Origin: Candidatus Omnitrophota bacterium | Lineage (GTDB): Bacteria; Omnitrophota; Gorgyraeia; Tantalellales; Tantalellaceae | Reading direction: 5' to 3' | DNA: 64,000 bases | Assembly (NCBI GenBank): GCA_028715965.1 | Contig: JAQUQS010000005.1 | Coordinates: 54,904 to 118,903, forward strand | In this document: piece by piece, positions 59,023 to 64,000 of the stretch | How the letters are laid out: every line of letters starts with the position of its first letter | Position numbering within the stretch: the stretch's first letter is position 1 | Translations under genes and position numbers: made by a program | Notes under the pieces: model-generated | What the model was told of the DNA's origin: nothing | The model's input: only the letters and a program-made list of their open reading frames with translations | The model's database searches: none

Positions 59023-59602
59023 GAGTCCCCCCGGCTATCTTACTATCGTTCAATATGAATTTCACGGCCGCCAAAAGATCAGCGCAGATATGGTCCGGCT
59101 TGTATTTCCACGCGTCTATATCACCGCGCACTGACTTGCCGGAAAGGACAAGTATAGTACGCATACCGGCAGCCCTTCCAGCCTGTATATCCCTCTCAGT
59201 ATCTCCTATATAGAACATACCGCTAATATCACCAATATCCAGGTCCTTTTCGGCCTGAACGAAAAGACCACTCTTCGGTTTACGGCAGGAACAATTCTCC
59301 TCTTTCAAATGGGTACAATAATATATCCCGTCAATCGTTCCTCCGGAAGCACGAATGACCTCCGACATCTTCTCCGAGACCGCGAGGAGGTCCCTCTTCG
59401 TCATGTATCCTTTTCCCACCCCCTGCTGGTTGGATACGATCACCGCCCCGTATCCGGCCTCCGCCAGCATCCTCATAGCTTCAAGGACCCCCGGCAGAAC
59501 ATCGAACTCATCCCACCTGGTCACATACCCGCGTTTTGTCCAGCCTCCAGGGTCGCGGTTTATAACCCCGTCCCTGTCTATAAAAACGAATTTCTTAAGC
59601 AT
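59009..59602 (-). CDS. gmhB: D-glycero-D-manno-heptose 1,7-bisphosphate phosphatase (HAD family)
   Basis: FIDRDGVIN.. HAD motif I, and a Zn-binding Cys region like GmhB/HisB-N. Confidence 0.8.
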   Translation of the reverse strand: MLKKFVFIDRDGVINRDPGGWTKRGYVTRWDEFDVLPGVLEAMRMLAEAGYGAVIVSNQQGVGKGYMTKRDLLAVSEKMSEVIRASGGTIDGIYYCTHLKEENCSCRKPKSGLFVQAEKDLDIGDISGMFYIGDTERDIQAGRAAGMRTILVLSGKSVRGDIDAWKYKPDHICADLLAAVKFILNDSKIAGGTHGTE

Positions 59603-60695
59603 TTTTTCCCTTTATCAGGCTCATGCACGCGTCAAAAACATCCCCCGGCTCCAACGCTAAAAGACATTCCTGCCCGGAAACACATTCCGGCAACCGGAAA
59701 TTCTTATAGCAGGGCCGGCAATCCACGTTGCGCGCGGTCATGACCTTATGATGCCCGCTTTGCGGGAATGGGCCATATATTTTCTCGTCCACGGGCCCGA
59801 ATATGGACACCGTAGCCGTACCCGCCGCCACCGCCATATGGAGAGGCCCTCCGTCGTTGCATAGCACCAGATCACAACTGGCCAGAAGGGACGCGTAGTC
59901 CCTGAGCTCCAGCGCGTTGTCCACGGCTAAAGGAATGGACCTCATCAGACCGGCAAGATAAAAACATAATCCGGCCTCCGCCCTGTCACCCAGGATGATG
60001 ATATCGCACCCTTCCGCGGCCAGCATATCGGCGACGATCGCGAACTCCTTAGGCGGCCAGCGTTTCCTTGCCGCCTGGGCCCCCCAGCTGGCCCCGCCTC
60101 CGGGAATAACGGCTACGAGCGGCCCTTTTCCCCGGCCCTTTTCAACAAGATATTCCTCCGCGCCCTTGAGCGCTTCTTCATCAGGAACGATCCGCGTTAC
60201 ATTCTCCGAAGGCGTTATCCCCATAAGCCCAAGTATATCCAGGTAGTGTTCGGTCACGTGTTTGTCCTTGAACCCCTCTATCGTGATCTTCCGGGTAAGG
60301 AACAGTCCTCTTTTTCTATAATCCAGTCCCAATCTCTCCTTTATACCCGACAAAAAGAACAGGAACCCGAATTTCCGCGACATGGTGAGATCTATCACGA
60401 CATCATAACGTCCGGTCTTTATTTCACGCATAAGCCCGGCGACCTCGGAAAAAAAAGCTTTCTTGGACCTTTGCCACAGGGAGACATAATCATCCTTCTC
60501 ATACACTATCACCTTATCCACCCCCGGCACCATTTTGACCATGTCTTTTACCCTTTTATTACAAAGGTAATCCACGCTCACTCCCGGCATGTTCTTTTTT
60601 ATGTTAGCCACCAGCGGGGTAGAGAAAAGCACATCGCCTATACCAAAGATATTGGCGATCAACACTTTCTTTTTGTTTTTACCATCCATATACAA
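59595..60695 (-). CDS. Glycosyltransferase family 9 (heptosyltransferase paralog 2)
   Basis: GT9 fold (KVLIANIFGIGDVLF.., CNDGGPLH). Confidence 0.8.
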   Translation of the reverse strand: MYMDGKNKKKVLIANIFGIGDVLFSTPLVANIKKNMPGVSVDYLCNKRVKDMVKMVPGVDKVIVYEKDDYVSLWQRSKKAFFSEVAGLMREIKTGRYDVVIDLTMSRKFGFLFFLSGIKERLGLDYRKRGLFLTRKITIEGFKDKHVTEHYLDILGLMGITPSENVTRIVPDEEALKGAEEYLVEKGRGKGPLVAVIPGGGASWGAQAARKRWPPKEFAIVADMLAAEGCDIIILGDRAEAGLCFYLAGLMRSIPLAVDNALELRDYASLLASCDLVLCNDGGPLHMAVAAGTATVSIFGPVDEKIYGPFPQSGHHKVMTARNVDCRPCYKNFRLPECVSGQECLLALEPGDVFDACMSLIKGKNA

Positions 60696-60700
60696 CCTTT

Positions 60701-61726
60701 TTATCTTTTACGTAAAAGAAGTTCACCACACATATCGGATACTTCATCTGGCCCTATCTCAGCCGCCCACTTGTAAGCATTGCCTAATCTTTCGATACAC
60801 ATCGGGTCACCGGAAACGGTTTCATGGAACACAACGTGCTCCTCGCCCCATGGCCGCCACCGGTTAGGTCCGGCTCCACGTGGGTCCTGCCGGAATATCG
60901 AGATCACCGGCACCCCCGAAGCCGCGGCCATATGCATGGGACCGGCGTCATTACCTATAAAAACAGTCGCGCGCGCCAGCAACGCCGCCAACATATCCAG
61001 GTCAAGGACCCCGGCCAGGTCGATCGCCCCGGGACCCGACATCTCTATTATTTCCCTGACATACGCCTTTTCATCTTCCGAGCCGAGCACAAGGATATCC
61101 ATGCCGAATTTATCCTTTATCGACCTGATCAAACGAGCGAACTTTTCCGCCGGCCAGACCTTCGCGGGATTACTGCTGGAAACATGTATGGCCACGAATG
61201 GACCCTTCCCCCCTCCTGCCTTTTCCAGCGCCTTAAGCATACGCGCCGTACCTCTAGCAGTGGCCACCAAACGCGGAGAGATATTCCCCCCGTTATGGAA
61301 GCCTAAGGTCGCCAGTATATCCAGCGTATATTCAACTTCATGTTTCTGGCCCTTATCGCGTTCATCGGCGGTGGACCTGGTAAGCAAAAACCCCCATTTC
61401 CGGGAGAGTCCGGCCCTTACAGGTATGCCCGCCAGGAAACAACCGAGATGCAGCACCTTATGCGGGTTAAGCACTATCGCCGCGTCGAACTTCCTTTTCC
61501 GCAGCATACCCGCCAGCCTTACCGCTTCCCTGAACACATGGGAGCCGGGTTCAAAGACCATCACCTCTTGGAGGTCGGACCTGCTGTCCAAAAGCGGCTT
61601 TGAATAGCCCGAGGTAACGAACGAGACCAAAGCGCCCGGCTCAGCTCTTTTTACGGCATCGATAGATACCGTCGAAAGAAGCACTTCCCCTATTCGGTCT
61701 GTGCGAAATATTACTATTCTATCCAT
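60701..61726 (-). CDS. Glycosyltransferase family 9 (heptosyltransferase paralog 3)
   Basis: GT9 fold (IVIFRTDRIGEVLL.., GNDAGPMH). Confidence 0.8.
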   Translation of the reverse strand: MDRIVIFRTDRIGEVLLSTVSIDAVKRAEPGALVSFVTSGYSKPLLDSRSDLQEVMVFEPGSHVFREAVRLAGMLRKRKFDAAIVLNPHKVLHLGCFLAGIPVRAGLSRKWGFLLTRSTADERDKGQKHEVEYTLDILATLGFHNGGNISPRLVATARGTARMLKALEKAGGGKGPFVAIHVSSSNPAKVWPAEKFARLIRSIKDKFGMDILVLGSEDEKAYVREIIEMSGPGAIDLAGVLDLDMLAALLARATVFIGNDAGPMHMAAASGVPVISIFRQDPRGAGPNRWRPWGEEHVVFHETVSGDPMCIERLGNAYKWAAEIGPDEVSDMCGELLLRKR

Positions 61727-62432
61727 TATCGGGACACGGGTTCGAACGCGGCGTAAAGCGATACCTGAGAAGAGCTCTCAGGGCCGCTATCCCGTCACGC
61801 CAACCTATTTTTTTACCTTCCTTATAACCACGGCGGTCATAAGATATCGCCACTTCCATTATCCTGTATCCGTTCCTCAGGAGTTTAGCGGTGACTTCAG
61901 GCTCTACGTCAAACCTCTTGGATTCTATCTCCATGGCTTTCATGATATCGGAGCGCACGAGCTTATAACATGTTTCCATATCCGTGAGCCTGCCGCCGAA
62001 CATGATGTTCGTCATGACCGTAAGGGCCCAGTTCACGAAAAAATGCGGGAAAGACGTTACCTTCCATGTCTTTTTAAAGCGCGAACCGTATACCGCCGGG
62101 GCTTGTTCCTTTTCGGCCACCTCAACCAGACCCTTGATGTCCGAGGGAGAATATTCCAGGTCGGCATCCTGCACCACGACATATGCCCCGGATGCGTGTC
62201 TTATCCCGGTACTGAGAGCCGCGCCCTTCCCCTGGTTCACGTCGTGATAGAACACCTTTATCCGTCCACTTCCTTCACCATATCTTTCCCTGAGCATTTC
62301 CCTGGTCCCATCCCGTGACGCGTCATCGACCAGGATCACCTCCTTGTCGAAATCCGCCGCTTCTACCCGCCGGATTATCTCAAGTATGGTATCCTTCTCG
62401 TTGTATACTGGCATGATAACGGATATTTTCAT
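61719..62432 (-). CDS. Glycosyltransferase family 2 (polyprenyl-phosphate sugar transferase-like)
   Basis: [12 protein letters not shown].., DDASRDGT, DAD motif (QDADLEY). Confidence 0.8.
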   Translation of the reverse strand: MKISVIMPVYNEKDTILEIIRRVEAADFDKEVILVDDASRDGTREMLRERYGEGSGRIKVFYHDVNQGKGAALSTGIRHASGAYVVVQDADLEYSPSDIKGLVEVAEKEQAPAVYGSRFKKTWKVTSFPHFFVNWALTVMTNIMFGGRLTDMETCYKLVRSDIMKAMEIESKRFDVEPEVTAKLLRNGYRIMEVAISYDRRGYKEGKKIGWRDGIAALRALLRYRFTPRSNPCPDNG

Positions 62433-63706
62433 CTGGTCGTACCCGGTCTTTCCGCGTTAGCGCTGGTAAGAACACTTATAAGTCCCATCATCGCCCAGAA
62501 CAGGATAGAAAGTCTTATCGTGTATAGCTGGGTGTCAAAAAAAGAATGCGCGAGAAAAGCCGACATCCCGCCGAAAAGGCCCAGCAATATACCGTTAGCC
62601 CGCGCTTTCAGCCCGTTAAAAGCCCTGGCCATAGCAACGCATATAAGCGCAAGGAATGATATTAATCCGGCAATACCTGTCTCGGCCAGGATCTGCACAT
62701 AACAGTTGTGCGCGTACTGGTTACTATACATGGAGTGTTCCTGCAACCTGGCGGTAAAAGTGTTCAATCCGCATCCAATAACAGGAGAATCCTTTACCAT
62801 CAAAAATCCGGCTTTCCATATATCAAGACGTCCGGCATCCCCACCCTTTATGGTCATGTACATCACCCTCTGGCTTATAGATGGGTCCAGCGATATCAGC
62901 GAAATGAACACGGCGAACGCCAAAAGCGCGAACAACATATGTCGCGTCCTCAGGAATACAAAGCTCAACAGCATTATCACCAGCACGACCGACACCCACG
63001 CGCCCCTTGAATAGGTAAATAGAAGGTCCAGGACCACAAGTATCTGGGACAAAGAAACCGCTACCCTGGCCCATATGTTCCTATATCGCAAAAATATCCC
63101 GACATTCACGAATAATATGACCGCCAGTAGTGCGGCGTAATCGTTATAGTGCCCGAAGGCGCCGCTGACGGCCTTAAAATCCCGGGCAGCTACGATAGCG
63201 TTACCTCTTATGAAGTCCGTGCCCGTCATTTTCTGTACTATACCGTCAATGGCCGCTACCGCACCCGCGACCGCCAGGGCTATGACCAGCTGTTCCGCCT
63301 TTTTTTTCGTCAGTATTAAACGCATCGCTAAAAGAACAGCTATGCCTTCGCCCCATTTACATATCCATGCTCTGGCTCCCTGCCCGAGATATTCACCACA
63401 GTTAACGAGAGATACGCCCATCACGATGAAAAAAAGCATGGCGAAGATCGCGATCCTGTCACGCAGAACGGCCTTGAGGAGTTCGGCGTCCTGCCTCACC
63501 ATAAAAGCGGCATAGACCACTGATAGCAGTATTGCCAGTCCGGCGAACACTTCCACGCCGCTGTTAGTGAACGGGATGGATATGACCAGCCCGAAAAAAG
63601 ATACCAGCGCCAGTCTATGCGCGTATGAGGGGACTACGTCCATGCTTGCGGAATTTCTCATGATCAGAACGCCCCCTTTCCCCTGAATACGGCCGGTATG
63701 GTCCAT
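62429..63706 (-). CDS. O-antigen ligase / Wzy_C-domain membrane protein
   Basis: About 11 TM helices with a periplasmic loop carrying a Wzy_C-like motif. Confidence 0.65.
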   Translation of the reverse strand: MDHTGRIQGKGGVLIMRNSASMDVVPSYAHRLALVSFFGLVISIPFTNSGVEVFAGLAILLSVVYAAFMVRQDAELLKAVLRDRIAIFAMLFFIVMGVSLVNCGEYLGQGARAWICKWGEGIAVLLAMRLILTKKKAEQLVIALAVAGAVAAIDGIVQKMTGTDFIRGNAIVAARDFKAVSGAFGHYNDYAALLAVILFVNVGIFLRYRNIWARVAVSLSQILVVLDLLFTYSRGAWVSVVLVIMLLSFVFLRTRHMLFALLAFAVFISLISLDPSISQRVMYMTIKGGDAGRLDIWKAGFLMVKDSPVIGCGLNTFTARLQEHSMYSNQYAHNCYVQILAETGIAGLISFLALICVAMARAFNGLKARANGILLGLFGGMSAFLAHSFFDTQLYTIRLSILFWAMMGLISVLTSANAERPGTTR

Positions 63707-64000
63707 ACGAGTATCTTCATATCGAGCATAAAAGACCAGTTATTTATGTACCACATATCCCATTTTACCCATCTGCGGAAACTGAGCTCGCTTCGACCAC
63801 GTACTTGCGATAGCCCTGTCATGCCGGGACGGATAGAGAGCCTTTTCATCTGGTTGGAACTATATTTGTCCACTTCATCGCGTGTAGGCGGGCGTGGCCC
63901 TACAAGGCTCATCTCGCCTTTAAGCACATTTACAAGCTGCGGGAACTCGTCCAGGCTGTATTTTCTCAGGAAAGCGCCGAATTGTGTGACCCTGGGATCG
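63664..64000 (-). CDS. Bacterial sugar transferase (polyprenyl-phosphate hexose-1-phosphate transferase, C-terminal part; 5' end beyond window)
   Basis: C-terminal catalytic domain with SLVGPRP and [14 protein letters not shown] motifs. The gene continues past 64000. Confidence 0.8.
   Translation of the reverse strand, partial: DPRVTQFGAFLRKYSLDEFPQLVNVLKGEMSLVGPRPPTRDEVDKYSSNQMKRLSIRPGMTGLSQVRGRSELSFRRWVKWDMWYINNWSFMLDMKILVWTIPAVFRGKGAF

Noticed and set aside
61735-61760. GGGTTCGAACGCGG resembling a tRNA T-arm
   Set aside because: It lies inside overlapping GT9 and GT2 coding sequence. It has no acceptor, D or anticodon-arm context and does not match the GTTCGAATC consensus. No tRNA was found in any intergenic gap.

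Overview
This is a 64 kb bacterial chromosomal segment of roughly 50-55% GC in which every credible gene (about 60) lies on the minus strand. All long plus-strand ORFs in the track are antisense shadows of these genes. The content is mostly core metabolism and information processing in tight operons:
- ppdK (3' end runs off the window).
- A Bacillus-like cluster phoH / 7TM-HD (PgpH) / ybeY / dgkA-PAP2 / DUF502 / recO / glyQS.
- aspS-hisS, hup and dnaE.
- An IMPDH-family gene without a CBS insert, next to a Na/Pi-cotransporter with a PhoU domain.
- nadA-nadX, and a folK-panC fusion.
- A complete LL-DAP-aminotransferase lysine operon (dapL-dapB-dapA-dapF-lysA).
- A complete arginine operon (argC-J-B-D-F-G-H).
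- rplM-rpsI, truA, asd and leuBDC.
- An Opp/Dpp ABC transporter, then gap-pgk-tpiA-secG.
- An LPS-core / glycolipid glycosyltransferase cluster: three GT9 heptosyltransferase paralogs, gmhB, a GT28 MGDG-synthase-like gene, a GT2, an O-antigen-ligase-like gene and a sugar transferase, interleaved with fmt, priA and a family-4 UDG.

The most unusual locus is a two-gene cassette inserted into the normally contiguous truA / rplM-rpsI neighbourhood. It encodes a 57-aa AbrB/MazE (SpoVT-AbrB fold) protein translationally coupled by an ATGA overlap to a 56-aa very basic ORF that is missing from the ORF track. Upstream it has an ACAAGTAT iteron array at 11-bp spacing that ends in an inverted copy. This is a candidate undescribed TA-like or regulatory module.

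Other notable observations:
- A 24-nt perfect GC-rich palindrome directly after dnaE.
- A long intercistronic hairpin between gap and pgk.
- FolK-PanC and DgkA-PAP2 domain fusions.
- Near-consensus sigma70 promoters for arg, hup, gap and the IMPDH-like gene.

No tRNA or rRNA genes, CRISPR arrays or transposases were seen. Coordinates follow the supplied ORF track. Start codons I moved off the track's first Met are noted in each evidence line.
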